A DNA stretch of 64,000 bases from assembly GCA_040217195.1 (NCBI GenBank), contig JAVJNR010000010.1, forward strand, positions 17,964 to 81,963. Direction: 5' to 3'. This document shows positions 25,557 through 35,555 of this stretch, piece by piece. The number at the start of each line of letters is the position of its first letter. The stretch's first letter is position 1. Both the position numbers and the translations under genes were made by a program. The notes beneath the pieces are model-generated. The model saw only the letters and a list, made by a program, of their open reading frames with translations. It made no database searches and was not told where the DNA came from. Origin of the DNA: Leptospiraceae bacterium (lineage in GTDB: Bacteria > Spirochaetota > Leptospiria > Leptospirales > Leptonemataceae).

Positions 25557-26978
25557 ATGAGAGAACTTAACGAACTACTGGAGATTAAGAAGGCCTTTGA
25601 GGCCAATCCGGGGATTACTGATGTGGCCGAGCTCTTTGACGGCCCGGCGCTCAGTATGCAATACATCGATGGAACCATGTCCTCCATCGTTGCAAGCGAT
25701 GTTGACTTCGCTTTCCTGAACAAGCTACCGAAACGATCGGTGGACCAGACCATTGCCGAATACAACAAAATGAAAAGCCACGGAGACTCTCCGTATCGCA
25801 CTTCTTTCGTTGGGCAATCAGAGGATCCCCACTTCGCTGACGCATACCTGAAAAGAAAGTTCGATGAAATGGCGTATCTTTCGGAAGGGTTCACATACAA
25901 CCGCGTAATTGCCCGAACCAGGAACACAAACGACCCGGAAATGGTATCGTCCACGTCCGCCATGCGCCGGATGCTCACTTCCCTGTCCCGGGGCCTCTGG
26001 AATGGTGACCGTGACGCCCTTTCGGTTGAAATGGACGGAATCGTTAAGAAAGTTTCCTCCCTGGGCTCGGACTTCGTTTACGATTGTCGTGGCCAACTAC
26101 CCGGTGCCGACGTAATCCAGCATTTTGCAGCTCAGATCCGAAGTAGATATTTCGGACTGGCCAACGAATTCCACATGGCCGTCGGTTCCAAAAACCTGTT
26201 TGATCAGGCAGACCTCGGTGATAAGCAGTATATTTTCCTGGATGGCCAGAATACCGGTGCAGGTCTGTATGCCAGCCGAGTTGTGGAGGGCCAGAAGGCT
26301 TCCTTCGCACTGAACAACAAGATTCAGTATGTACCGGATCTCTGGATCGATGAAAGCAATTTCGGCGTTCCAATGGACTATGACCGGTCCACCGACTCCG
26401 TGGTCGAAAAGGCCGTAGGTGAAGCTCCTCCGGATACCCCTGCTCTGGCGGTCGCTGCTCAGGCTCCGTCCGTACCCGGCTCCAAATGGGAGGCTGGAGA
26501 CGTTGGCACCGTAGCATACCGTGTGGCCGCTGTAGGCCCTAAAGGTGCTTCTCAGGCCACAACCTCACAATCCGCCACAGTAGCCGCAAATGGAGCCGTG
26601 GAACTGACCATCACTCCGGCTGCAGGAGGCAACTTCGCAGAGGCATTCCTGATCTTCCGTGAGACAGCTCCTGGCAACGGAGATTTCCGCAAGATTGCCC
26701 GTGTAAAGCGTGCAACCAGCGGTGACACTACCTTTGTGGACGTAAATGAGACGATCCCCGGAACCAGCGTCGGTGTCCTGGGCGACTTCAATAGCCGGTC
26801 CACTTCCGACGAAACCAGAACCATGGTTCTGAGTGAGCTTATGAGCCCGCTCAAAACCACCTTCCCTCCGGGAGTTGGCGGCCTGCGACTGAACGTTGGC
26901 ATGGTGGAGTATTTCACAACCATCCAGCTCTTCGCCGAAGAGAAGTTCGTCGTATTCAAGAACATGCCAGTTATCTAA
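25557..26978 (+). CDS. Major capsid protein
   Basis: 473 aa; IKKAF propeptide-like site; GPALSMQYIDGTM; LWNGD...MDGIVK; followed by terminator. Confidence 0.85.
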   Translation: MRELNELLEIKKAFEANPGITDVAELFDGPALSMQYIDGTMSSIVASDVDFAFLNKLPKRSVDQTIAEYNKMKSHGDSPYRTSFVGQSEDPHFADAYLKRKFDEMAYLSEGFTYNRVIARTRNTNDPEMVSSTSAMRRMLTSLSRGLWNGDRDALSVEMDGIVKKVSSLGSDFVYDCRGQLPGADVIQHFAAQIRSRYFGLANEFHMAVGSKNLFDQADLGDKQYIFLDGQNTGAGLYASRVVEGQKASFALNNKIQYVPDLWIDESNFGVPMDYDRSTDSVVEKAVGEAPPDTPALAVAAQAPSVPGSKWEAGDVGTVAYRVAAVGPKGASQATTSQSATVAANGAVELTITPAAGGNFAEAFLIFRETAPGNGDFRKIARVKRATSGDTTFVDVNETIPGTSVGVLGDFNSRSTSDETRTMVLSELMSPLKTTFPPGVGGLRLNVGMVEYFTTIQLFAEEKFVVFKNMPVI

Positions 26979-27014
26979 TCTTCCCGGCATATCACTCCCA
27001 ACAAGATACCCCCG

Positions 27015-27042
27015 GCCCCGGCAGTTTGCCGGGGCTTTTTTT
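27015..27042 (+). terminator. Rho-independent terminator after MCP
   Basis: GCCCCGGCA-GTT-TGCCGGGGC followed by T7. Confidence 0.9.
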
Positions 27043-27047
27043 GAGCC

Positions 27048-27773
27048 ATGCAACCAATCAACCTACAAAGGCTACTGGATCGCGGCGAATTCCCACAGAC
27101 CGCAAAATACCTGCACAGCCTTACCAGGGCTGCTAAGGCCAAGTATGAGAGCTACATCAGGAACTTCACACCTTCCTGGTGGGGCCGAATGGCACTTTCG
27201 ACCGGGCCGGGTGGCGGTGGAGGCCTATTGATTCGCAAGGTACCCGGTGGACTGGAGATTTACTATGCGAATGCCGGAAAATACAACTACCTCGAAGTGG
27301 TAGAAAAGGGGCGCGGAACCTATGATATGAAACCAGCCCTCCTTAGATCGCCCCGGGCAAGGACGGGGAAGAACGGTCGCTATATCATTATCCCCATGAC
27401 CCGAAACAAAGACGGCTCCGAAGTCAATGAGGAGAATAATACGATCCATAGTGTCGTCCGAAGGACCGGCCACTATATGGATCGAGAAGGAAAGAAGCGG
27501 ATCAAATACGGGAAGGTTGAAGACCGCTCTGGCCGGGGCAATGTATATGCATTCGAGCAAGGGCCGGTGAAATCCGGAGAGATGCAGTACAGCTATGCCA
27601 AGTTCCTGACCGTCTCGGAGAATTCCTCCGGGTGGATTCAAAAACCTATCCAGGGGGCGCGCATAGAACCAGAAATCCAGAAAGAAGTGGATAAGACAGT
27701 CCGGAGGGATCCGCGACTCCAGGAGGCGATCTCCAGGGACGTCGAAAAATTCCTGACCAGGTATTTCCAGTAA
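27048..27773 (+). CDS. Neck/tail completion-type protein
   Basis: YLEVVEKGRGTYDMKPALL...GKNGRYIIIP; context. Confidence 0.55.
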   Translation: MQPINLQRLLDRGEFPQTAKYLHSLTRAAKAKYESYIRNFTPSWWGRMALSTGPGGGGGLLIRKVPGGLEIYYANAGKYNYLEVVEKGRGTYDMKPALLRSPRARTGKNGRYIIIPMTRNKDGSEVNEENNTIHSVVRRTGHYMDREGKKRIKYGKVEDRSGRGNVYAFEQGPVKSGEMQYSYAKFLTVSENSSGWIQKPIQGARIEPEIQKEVDKTVRRDPRLQEAISRDVEKFLTRYFQ

Positions 27774-27796
27774 CCCTCTGTGCGGCACTCAGTTCC

Positions 27797-27821
27797 CCGA
27801 TAGCCTTTTCTATGGCCTACT
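27797..27821 (+). promoter_or_regulatory. Putative late promoter CCGA-N15-CCTACT
   Basis: 32 nt before ATG 27829. Confidence 0.6.
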
Positions 27822-27828
27822 CGGGTGC

Positions 27829-28530
27829 ATGAAAACCATCCAAAAGACTCTGAATTTCATTTTCCAGTGTCTCTGGTTTGCCATCAAGGGATTGATTCCC
27901 AGAAAGATCGGCGCCGGGGACAAGATCATTCATTATGCCCCCAGACTCGTCGTTCAGTTAATACTGTCCTATCTCGTAGGCGGTCCACGTCTCTTCCTGT
28001 TCGGAGATTCGAACAGTGAGGTAATGTCCCGCTTGAAAGTGATGATCGGTTTTGACGTGGTTGCCATTTCTGGCGGTATCGGTGGATCGAGATTGGACCA
28101 ATGGGTCGATTTCTTTGAAACATGGATCGGGAAACTCGTCCTATGGCTTGTTGGCGATGCTGAAACGGTCTGCAATCTTGGCGGCAACAATGCTCTCCAT
28201 CGAAAGATGAAAACGGTTCCGGAATCTGCCCGCGAACTTCATGCGATTCGTCCGGATGCCTGGATCATCTTGATACCGCCTATTCACTTCGATTTCTTTT
28301 CCATTCTGGTTCAACCGAAACAACTCAGAAAGGATATCGAAAAAATCAACAAGGAACTACGCAAAGAGTACAAACCTCGAATTATCGATCCAGAGCCCCT
28401 GGTGGACAAAGACGAGAACGGCGAACCGGATCCAGGTTCACTGAAGGATGCGGTACATTATGCAGACCGGCTTGTCTTTGAGATTCAGACTGTAATCGAG
28501 CTTACTGCCCTGGCCGAAGTGGACCGATAA
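27829..28530 (+). CDS. SGNH/GDSL hydrolase
   Basis: Blocks FLFGDSNS, GIGGS, NLGGNN, DAVHY. Confidence 0.8.
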   Translation: MKTIQKTLNFIFQCLWFAIKGLIPRKIGAGDKIIHYAPRLVVQLILSYLVGGPRLFLFGDSNSEVMSRLKVMIGFDVVAISGGIGGSRLDQWVDFFETWIGKLVLWLVGDAETVCNLGGNNALHRKMKTVPESARELHAIRPDAWIILIPPIHFDFFSILVQPKQLRKDIEKINKELRKEYKPRIIDPEPLVDKDENGEPDPGSLKDAVHYADRLVFEIQTVIELTALAEVDR

Positions 28531-28548
28531 GTCGATTGAACGTAGTAT
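28524..28548 (+). promoter_or_regulatory. Putative late promoter CCGA-N15-TAGTAT
   Basis: 31 nt before ATG 28555; no RBS. Confidence 0.7.
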
Positions 28549-28554
28549 CCGGCC

Positions 28555-31500
28555 ATGCGTCGGAAATTCCTGCAAGTGTTGAAAGAACGGATGGGGGCTG
28601 CCATGGCAGGCCCCCGCTCCAGAGCGCACCTCATTCGCAAGGTCATCACAAACCGGCGGGGCCACAAGCAAACAGTATACGTCAGGCCAGACAAGGCCGG
28701 AAGCCCACCTTCTGCCACTCGAAAACCATCACAGTCTTCATCCTCTGTCGCGGAGGCTCGAAAGGAGTTTCAAAGAGCCGATGCAGAATTCAGTGCAGCG
28801 CTGGAAGAGGCCTATGGCAAGCAAGCGGGAGACAAGCGGTATTCTCCGGGTCCCCATCCACCTGCAGTAGAGGCTGCAAAGAAGAAACGGATGGAGGCCC
28901 AGAAGAAGTGGCATGCGGCACAAGACCAGGCTCGGGCTTCAGGAAAGGATCCTCTATCCGGGGCACCTGTTGAATCCGAGCAGTCAGAAGCCTCAAACAA
29001 AGAGAAGCCGGCGCCGAGTGATGGAGAGGGCAAGACAGCTTCCGATCCCCCGCCAACCGTCCTCTCCTTCGTTGGTCATGATCAGATCCGGGAGCTGTCT
29101 CAGTACACAGACAAGCGCAACTACGATAGAAAGACTATCGATGGCATCAAGGCCAGCATCTTGCGGAATGGTTACAATCCGGCCTTTCCTCTCCAGGTCG
29201 ATACAGACAACGGAACCTACAATATCGTTTCGGGGCACCACCGATTCACAGCGGTAAAGGAACTGGTCAGCGAAGGGAAACTACCGGACAACTTTCAGAT
29301 TCCCGTCATCGTAAAGCAGTATGGAAGCAAAGGCGACCGACTAATGGCGCAAATGTCGGAGAATGTTCGCCGCACTGTCAATCCATTGGATGAGGCCCGG
29401 GCCATCGGAGAGCTAACCGAGATGGGCCACAGTGTTTCAGAAATCGCAGAAAAGACCGGAATGAATCCGGGAACTGTCCGGCGACGCAAAGCATTGACCG
29501 GGCTGCACAGTGACCTTCAAAAGCTGATCGAGAAAAAGGACCGAAGTCTGCCCGTAGGTATCGCGGAAGCGATCGGAACTCATGGCCTGAATCCAGACGG
29601 GTCTAAAAACGCAACCATCCAGAACAAGGCCCACCGATTCTACAATGCCAACCGACATCGTGGATTCGGAGCTGCTGAAGTGATTAGCTACATGCAGGAG
29701 CTCAAGTCGCAGAACTCCGATCAAATGTGGTCCGTAGATGAAACCCGTACGGAAGCCGAGAAGCAGGCCGTCCAGAGCCTCGGTTCAGAAGAAAAGGCAA
29801 AGCGGAACACAGCGCAAATAGACAAGTTCCTGGATAACGTACAGAATTCGTTTCAGCGCCTTCTCGGGGACTCTATTGGCTCTCTAAACGAGTCCACTCT
29901 CAAAGAACTCTCCAACAGCCTCCTGGCCACGGAAGGCGAGTCCGGGTTTCGCTCAAAAATGGATCAGCTATCGACACTGATGAACGACCTGGAGACAGTC
30001 AAGCGTACTCTCGAGCAGAATTTCAATAAGATCAAAGAGGAATCATCGAACCATAGTCTCGCATTCGCCCGATCAATGGCAGTGATTGAAGCCAGCCAGG
30101 ACGCCATTCATGTTCTAAAGTCGGTCCATCGAGAGACAGGGGTAATCGATAAAACCAGATTTCTGGAAGTCCTCAAGGCCAAAGCCAAAGGCAAATCGGC
30201 GAGGAATCGCGCTCACCTCGTGCGCAAGGTAATAACCAACAAGAAGGGTCACAAACAGACAGTATACGTGAATCCCGATGAAACCAACCAGGCTCAGGCG
30301 GAACAAATCGGGGAGTTCACTCTGAAACGCAGAGGGAAATTCATCGATGTCCTCGGGAATCTCTTCAAAGAATCCGGCCTGTACATGGCCTTGAATTCTC
30401 TAACCGGCAAGAAGGGGAAGCCTATCGAAGGAGAAAACGATCAGGGTAGCATTGGTGCTACTTACCCTTACTCAGTCGCTAACTATAAAAAGATCCGGGA
30501 GCAGTTGCTGGGAGTTTCCAGGGGGCCTGCCGACAACCGAGAGCAGGATTTGAGCCCTGCGGATGTCAGGAATATACCGGATGAGATAGAGTCGGAAGTC
30601 AAGGGAGATAAAGCACGATCCCTCTGGAAGCGGGCGTCCGAGCGATTCCCGAACCTGGATGCCGGAACTTTTGTGGATCATCTGGTTGAGTATTTGCTCC
30701 ACCGTGACAAATACGAAGACCTTTTTTCGCAACATAGCCTCTTCCAGGAGCCATCGGAAACTCCGGCGAACTCTGCAAAGGACTCGGGCTCGAAAGGAAC
30801 GGTTAGCACTCCGAACCCAGCACCGTTCCGGAAAGATTTGCTTCGCTTCATCCATGAGCAATGGTCCGAATCGATCCAGAGCGATCCTCGTTCAATAGAG
30901 AAGGCTGAAGCAAGGTATAATGCAGCAGAACGGGACCTTGAAGAGTCCGCCCGGGAAGCCTACGGGAATCGTTCCAGCGACATGCTGGAATACGCAAACT
31001 CCAGGGTGCATCCTCCAGAAGTTCAGGAAGACCTGGATCAACGCAACGAAGCTCGGGTCTCTCTCCTGGAAACAAGGAAGGAGTCTCAGATTCGAGAATC
31101 CCGCATAAGGGCAAGCGTCGAAACAGGTAAAGCACGGGTCGGCGTTAAGACTCAGCATGCAATCAATGAAGAGGTCCGACAGATCCTGAAATCTGTGCCA
31201 CCGGAAAAGATGACCGAGGAGCAGAAGGAACTCCTTCGTCAGTACGAAGGCTGGGGCGGGCAGACCCGAAATGATAAAACGGATTACTCCGGCAAGGGAC
31301 TTCTTTATGAGTTCTATACTCCTGAGAAGGTCGTAAACAAGTCCTGGGAGCTATTGAAGAGATATATCCCCAAAGGGAGCAAGATTCTCGAACCCGCTGC
31401 CGGGACCGGACGATTCGCAGAGGGACGATCAGACTACAGTTTCGACATGCTGGAGGTAGACGGCACATCAAGCCAGATTGCCGGTATTCTGCACCCGGAT

Positions 31501-34500
31501 GCAAATGTCCGGAAGGGTCAATTCGAAGAGCTGTTCCTGGATAATCGGAACCGATCCAAGAAGCAATACGATGGTCCTCTGTACGATGCCGTGGTAACGA
31601 ACCCGCCCTACGGCGAAATGGGAGGAAAATACAAGGCATCCGAAGGTCGAGGCTGGCAGCGCTATGAGGAATACTTCCTCCATCGCTCCCTCGACACCGT
31701 GAAGGAAGGCGGCATAGTTGCCATGGTCGTTCCTTCCAATTTTCTCCGAAAGGGGAAAACCAAAGCAAAGGAGAAGATATTCAACAAAGCAGAACTCCTG
31801 GAAGCCCACCGATTGCCGAATGGCGCTTTTGCCCATACGGACATCGGCACGGATCTGATCATACTTAGAAAGAATACTACAGCGCACAAAGACAATGCGA
31901 TTGCCTTCGGGGATGAATACTTCAAGCGGAACCCGAATCATCTTCACGGAGAAGAGTTTGAGACGACAGATCGCTGGGGCAAGCCAGACCTGCGGACAAA
32001 GGGCAATATAGATACCTTTCTGAATCATAGACCGGCGGCCCCGAAGGAAATGTCAAAAGCCCACAAGGATGCAATCTCCAGGGGATTGATCGGAAACCAG
32101 AACGCAAAGGGGAAGCACAAGGTAGCCAGTTCAAACCGGAAGACGGTTAAGAAGAAAGCCGTCCGAAATGCGACGAGAAAAACGAAGAACACGGCGAGAG
32201 AAAAGCAGAGTCCTCCCCCGAAGCTCCTGAATCAGGCGGAGTTCAACAAGAAATACGGGCTGAACTTCAGCGAGTCGGATGTCGAATTGCTGAAAAGCAC
32301 CAATGCTCTCGGATACATTGACCCCGAGACGCCATTCGATCCGAAGTCGATGTCATTCCACAATGGCGGTGCAATGCCCGACTACCTGTATGCCACTGGC
32401 GATATCTATGAGAAATTGAATCAGCTGGAATCGGACAGAGAAGAGATCATCGAGAAAGGTGGCCTGCAGCTATACCAGAAGCAGCGCCAGATGCTGGAAG
32501 AAGCCATTCCGGAGCAAACCCCGCTGAAGGACGTCGTTCTGGATCCAATCGACCCTTTCTTCAAGACAGTCACCCTGGAAGACGGAAGTTCCCTTCTCGA
32601 CCGGTTCAAGGAATGGGTCGGTGATCTGGACTACGAGACCTTTATGGACTACGCGGCCTCAGCCAGCGACGTTCGGGCCTACTGTGATGCCATACCTGTC
32701 CGGGGCAACAACAAGAGCCTGAATGAGAGGATCCGGCGAGAACGCCGGGAATTGGCAATGAAGCTGGCAGACAGGTTCGTCAAGGAATCCCTGGGTGAGG
32801 CCGAGCAGAGTCAGATCCAGCAGGCCTGGAATGAACGCTTCAACGCCTACGTTCAGGTGGATCCGGCGAAGGTGCCGATTCCGATTGAGGGATTGAATGA
32901 AAAGTTCAAGGGTAAAGACTATGAATTGAGGGATGTCCAGCATCGATTCATTGCAAATTTCCTTTCAAAAGGAATCGGTTGCGCAGCCCACGAGGTGGGG
33001 CTGGGCAAGACCATGACCGGCATTATTGCCACAGTCTCCAATATGCAAATGGGACGGTCGAAGAGGCCTCTGTTCGTGGTCCCAACCTCAGTATTACCCA
33101 ATTGGGAGGCCTCCGTTAAATCGCTTTATCCAAATCTCACGGTGAATACAATCGGCACCCCCGAACTGAATCAAATGACCGAAGGCGGCAAGAAACTCGA
33201 GATCGAAGAAGGGTCGGTGACTGTAATGTCTTACGATGCGTTCCAGAGGATGGGCTTCAGCGAAGAGCGATTCAATGAACTCACAAAAGACCTCCAGGAT
33301 GCTCACAAGCCCTATGCAGAAGAACCGGCCACCAAGCGAGGGAAGGCAAAGAAAGAGGAGGAATATGAAGCCCTGGCATCGAGAGCGAGAACGGGTACGT
33401 ATAATGAAATACTATTCGACGAAGCGGGCTTTGACTCTCTGACCGTGGACGAAGCGCACAACTTCAACAATATCTTTGCTGACGTAAAACAGGAGAAGGA
33501 TCAAGACACCGGGAAGGTCAAGACCCAGGCAAATGAATTCTCCGGTATCATTGGAGGGGCGACGAGCGACCGCGGGCTAAAAATGTGGCTGGCAGCCCAG
33601 CACGTGCTCAAGTCCAACGACAACCGCAATGTGATGATGCTCACAGCCACTCCCTTTACGAACAATCCGCTTCAGGTCTACTCCCTACTCTCCACGATGG
33701 CCAGGGAACGCCTCCAGAAGATGGGGATCTACAACGTAAAGGATTTCGTGGCGGCCTTTGTAGAGACTCAGACCGAAAAGGTACTGGAGCCCAACGGAAA
33801 AATCAAAGAGAAACAGACGGTCCGCCGTTTCAAGAATGCCCATGCCTTTGCCTCGCTAATCAATGAATTCTTCGATCGAAAGACCGGAGAGGATGCGCAT
33901 ATCAAGCGGCCGGACCTGGTAGAGAAGGAGATCGTTCTTCCTTCTAACAGGGAAATGGATCAGATCCGCCAGAGCCTGGAGAACTATTACGATATGGCTT
34001 TCCACCCCGATCCCGATGAGCGAGATCCCTCCGCTGCACTAAGGTCCATGACCATGCAGCAAAACCTGAATATCAGTCCGGCCCTCGTAAACGACTATCA
34101 ATTCAACGATAACCGACAGGATTTCGTCGAACGCAGTCCCAAAATGAAATTTGTGGCCAAATCCGCTGCAGAATACTACAAACGGATGAAGGAAGCCCAG
34201 GGGAATGCTCCGGGCCAGATCATCTTTCTACCCCGAGGGGTTGAGTATTTCAATGAAGTGAAGGCTTACATGGTTTCCCAGGGAATCCCGGAGGATGCCA
34301 TCGAGATCATGACTCCCAAGGAGAAAGGGAAAAAGGCCAGGAGCAAGGAAGCAAAGGCGAAGGGGCAAAGTCGATTCGAAGAAATCAAGTTCGACTTCAA
34401 TGATCCGAATGGCAAAACGAAAATCATAATTGGCTCCGATACGATCCAGGAAGGAGTATCCCTCCAGAAAAATACGGGGGTCATGTATAACTGCAGCCTG

Positions 34501-35337
34501 GCATGGAATCCGACCTCGAACGAACAAAAAAAGGGCCGTGGATGGCGCCAGGGGAACACCCAGGAGCGTTGCCACATGTTCTACCCGGTCATGGAGAACT
34601 CCATCGACACAAAGCTGTACCAGAAGCATGCCGAAAAGGTTTCCCGAATCAACGATATCTTTAAGGCAACTGGATCCCCTTTCATCGAAACCACGGACAT
34701 CAATCCTGATGAGCTGAAATACGAGATCGTGACCGACCCGGAGAAAAAGGCCAGGCTGGTTGCATCGGAAGATGAGACGCAGCGTCTGGCCGCCATCAAG
34801 GATAAGACCACCGACCGGAACATTCTCCTATCAACCCTGAATCGAGCAGAAAATCTGGACCGACGCATTAGGGATGCGGACGAGTCACTGAAGCGGTCGC
34901 AGCGCTGGGCCGAAATGTACGGCAAGAACTCGACCCTTGGCCGCTTCCACGCGGAGGATGTAAACCGCATCAGATCCAGACTCAGTCGATTGAAGCGCGA
35001 CAAAGAAGAGCATGAGACAATGATGCAGCAGAAAGGCCTGACCGTGGAGAAGCTCCGTTCTCAAGCGGAGGCTCTGGAAAAAGAGATCGCTCAAATGAAA
35101 GCAGATTCAACCAAAAAGAAGGAAGAGCTTGAATCAGAACTGGTAGAGCGCTACCGACGAGAAAAAGAAGAGTATGAGAAGAGCCGTCCAAACAAATCCA
35201 TCGACCAGATGGTAGATGAGCATGTCTCAAAGCTGGTTGACTCTTCCCTCGGGAAGTCGGTATACAAGAGCCGAATATACAGGTTGATTCGTGAAGGAAG
35301 AACACATGAACGCAGACATCAAGCAGCAGCTCTTTGA
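28555..35337 (+). CDS. DarB-like polyvalent protein: ParB domain + N6-adenine MTase + SNF2 helicase
   Basis: IVSGHHRF/ENVRR..NPLDEA (ParB); EFYTP, ILEPAAGTGRF, NPPY (MTase); HEVGLGKT, VDEAHNF, LTATP, EGVSLQ, GRGWRQGN (SF2). Confidence 0.9.
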   Translation: MRRKFLQVLKERMGAAMAGPRSRAHLIRKVITNRRGHKQTVYVRPDKAGSPPSATRKPSQSSSSVAEARKEFQRADAEFSAALEEAYGKQAGDKRYSPGPHPPAVEAAKKKRMEAQKKWHAAQDQARASGKDPLSGAPVESEQSEASNKEKPAPSDGEGKTASDPPPTVLSFVGHDQIRELSQYTDKRNYDRKTIDGIKASILRNGYNPAFPLQVDTDNGTYNIVSGHHRFTAVKELVSEGKLPDNFQIPVIVKQYGSKGDRLMAQMSENVRRTVNPLDEARAIGELTEMGHSVSEIAEKTGMNPGTVRRRKALTGLHSDLQKLIEKKDRSLPVGIAEAIGTHGLNPDGSKNATIQNKAHRFYNANRHRGFGAAEVISYMQELKSQNSDQMWSVDETRTEAEKQAVQSLGSEEKAKRNTAQIDKFLDNVQNSFQRLLGDSIGSLNESTLKELSNSLLATEGESGFRSKMDQLSTLMNDLETVKRTLEQNFNKIKEESSNHSLAFARSMAVIEASQDAIHVLKSVHRETGVIDKTRFLEVLKAKAKGKSARNRAHLVRKVITNKKGHKQTVYVNPDETNQAQAEQIGEFTLKRRGKFIDVLGNLFKESGLYMALNSLTGKKGKPIEGENDQGSIGATYPYSVANYKKIREQLLGVSRGPADNREQDLSPADVRNIPDEIESEVKGDKARSLWKRASERFPNLDAGTFVDHLVEYLLHRDKYEDLFSQHSLFQEPSETPANSAKDSGSKGTVSTPNPAPFRKDLLRFIHEQWSESIQSDPRSIEKAEARYNAAERDLEESAREAYGNRSSDMLEYANSRVHPPEVQEDLDQRNEARVSLLETRKESQIRESRIRASVETGKARVGVKTQHAINEEVRQILKSVPPEKMTEEQKELLRQYEGWGGQTRNDKTDYSGKGLLYEFYTPEKVVNKSWELLKRYIPKGSKILEPAAGTGRFAEGRSDYSFDMLEVDGTSSQIAGILHPDANVRKGQFEELFLDNRNRSKKQYDGPLYDAVVTNPPYGEMGGKYKASEGRGWQRYEEYFLHRSLDTVKEGGIVAMVVPSNFLRKGKTKAKEKIFNKAELLEAHRLPNGAFAHTDIGTDLIILRKNTTAHKDNAIAFGDEYFKRNPNHLHGEEFETTDRWGKPDLRTKGNIDTFLNHRPAAPKEMSKAHKDAISRGLIGNQNAKGKHKVASSNRKTVKKKAVRNATRKTKNTAREKQSPPPKLLNQAEFNKKYGLNFSESDVELLKSTNALGYIDPETPFDPKSMSFHNGGAMPDYLYATGDIYEKLNQLESDREEIIEKGGLQLYQKQRQMLEEAIPEQTPLKDVVLDPIDPFFKTVTLEDGSSLLDRFKEWVGDLDYETFMDYAASASDVRAYCDAIPVRGNNKSLNERIRRERRELAMKLADRFVKESLGEAEQSQIQQAWNERFNAYVQVDPAKVPIPIEGLNEKFKGKDYELRDVQHRFIANFLSKGIGCAAHEVGLGKTMTGIIATVSNMQMGRSKRPLFVVPTSVLPNWEASVKSLYPNLTVNTIGTPELNQMTEGGKKLEIEEGSVTVMSYDAFQRMGFSEERFNELTKDLQDAHKPYAEEPATKRGKAKKEEEYEALASRARTGTYNEILFDEAGFDSLTVDEAHNFNNIFADVKQEKDQDTGKVKTQANEFSGIIGGATSDRGLKMWLAAQHVLKSNDNRNVMMLTATPFTNNPLQVYSLLSTMARERLQKMGIYNVKDFVAAFVETQTEKVLEPNGKIKEKQTVRRFKNAHAFASLINEFFDRKTGEDAHIKRPDLVEKEIVLPSNREMDQIRQSLENYYDMAFHPDPDERDPSAALRSMTMQQNLNISPALVNDYQFNDNRQDFVERSPKMKFVAKSAAEYYKRMKEAQGNAPGQIIFLPRGVEYFNEVKAYMVSQGIPEDAIEIMTPKEKGKKARSKEAKAKGQSRFEEIKFDFNDPNGKTKIIIGSDTIQEGVSLQKNTGVMYNCSLAWNPTSNEQKKGRGWRQGNTQERCHMFYPVMENSIDTKLYQKHAEKVSRINDIFKATGSPFIETTDINPDELKYEIVTDPEKKARLVASEDETQRLAAIKDKTTDRNILLSTLNRAENLDRRIRDADESLKRSQRWAEMYGKNSTLGRFHAEDVNRIRSRLSRLKRDKEEHETMMQQKGLTVEKLRSQAEALEKEIAQMKADSTKKKEELESELVERYRREKEEYEKSRPNKSIDQMVDEHVSKLVDSSLGKSVYKSRIYRLIREGRTHERRHQAAAL

Positions 35338-35512
35338 AGCAGTGCAGGTTGATTTCCCACACCTGGCGAGTCTGGGGCCGGATAGGGTCTACGATTCCCT
35401 ATCCGCAATTTGTATGCAGGAGGGGAAGCCAGTAACGGTTGAACAAATGCTCCAATACGCAGTGATTCTGGACAACGACCTGGAGATGGACGATCTACAG
35501 ACCGGAGACTGA
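35306..35512 (+). CDS. Small acidic protein overlapping the end of the DarB-like gene
   Basis: GAAGGA RBS before ATG 35306; MNADIKQQLFEAVQ... Confidence 0.6.
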   Translation: MNADIKQQLFEAVQVDFPHLASLGPDRVYDSLSAICMQEGKPVTVEQMLQYAVILDNDLEMDDLQTGD

Positions 35513-35524
35513 ATCGACAGATGC

Positions 35525-35549
35525 CCGATAGCCGTTTTCCGGCTATAAC
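35525..35549 (+). promoter_or_regulatory. Putative late promoter CCGA-N15-TATAAC
   Basis: TGCCCGATAG, 31 nt before ATG 35556. Confidence 0.75.
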
Positions 35550-35555
35550 GGGTCC

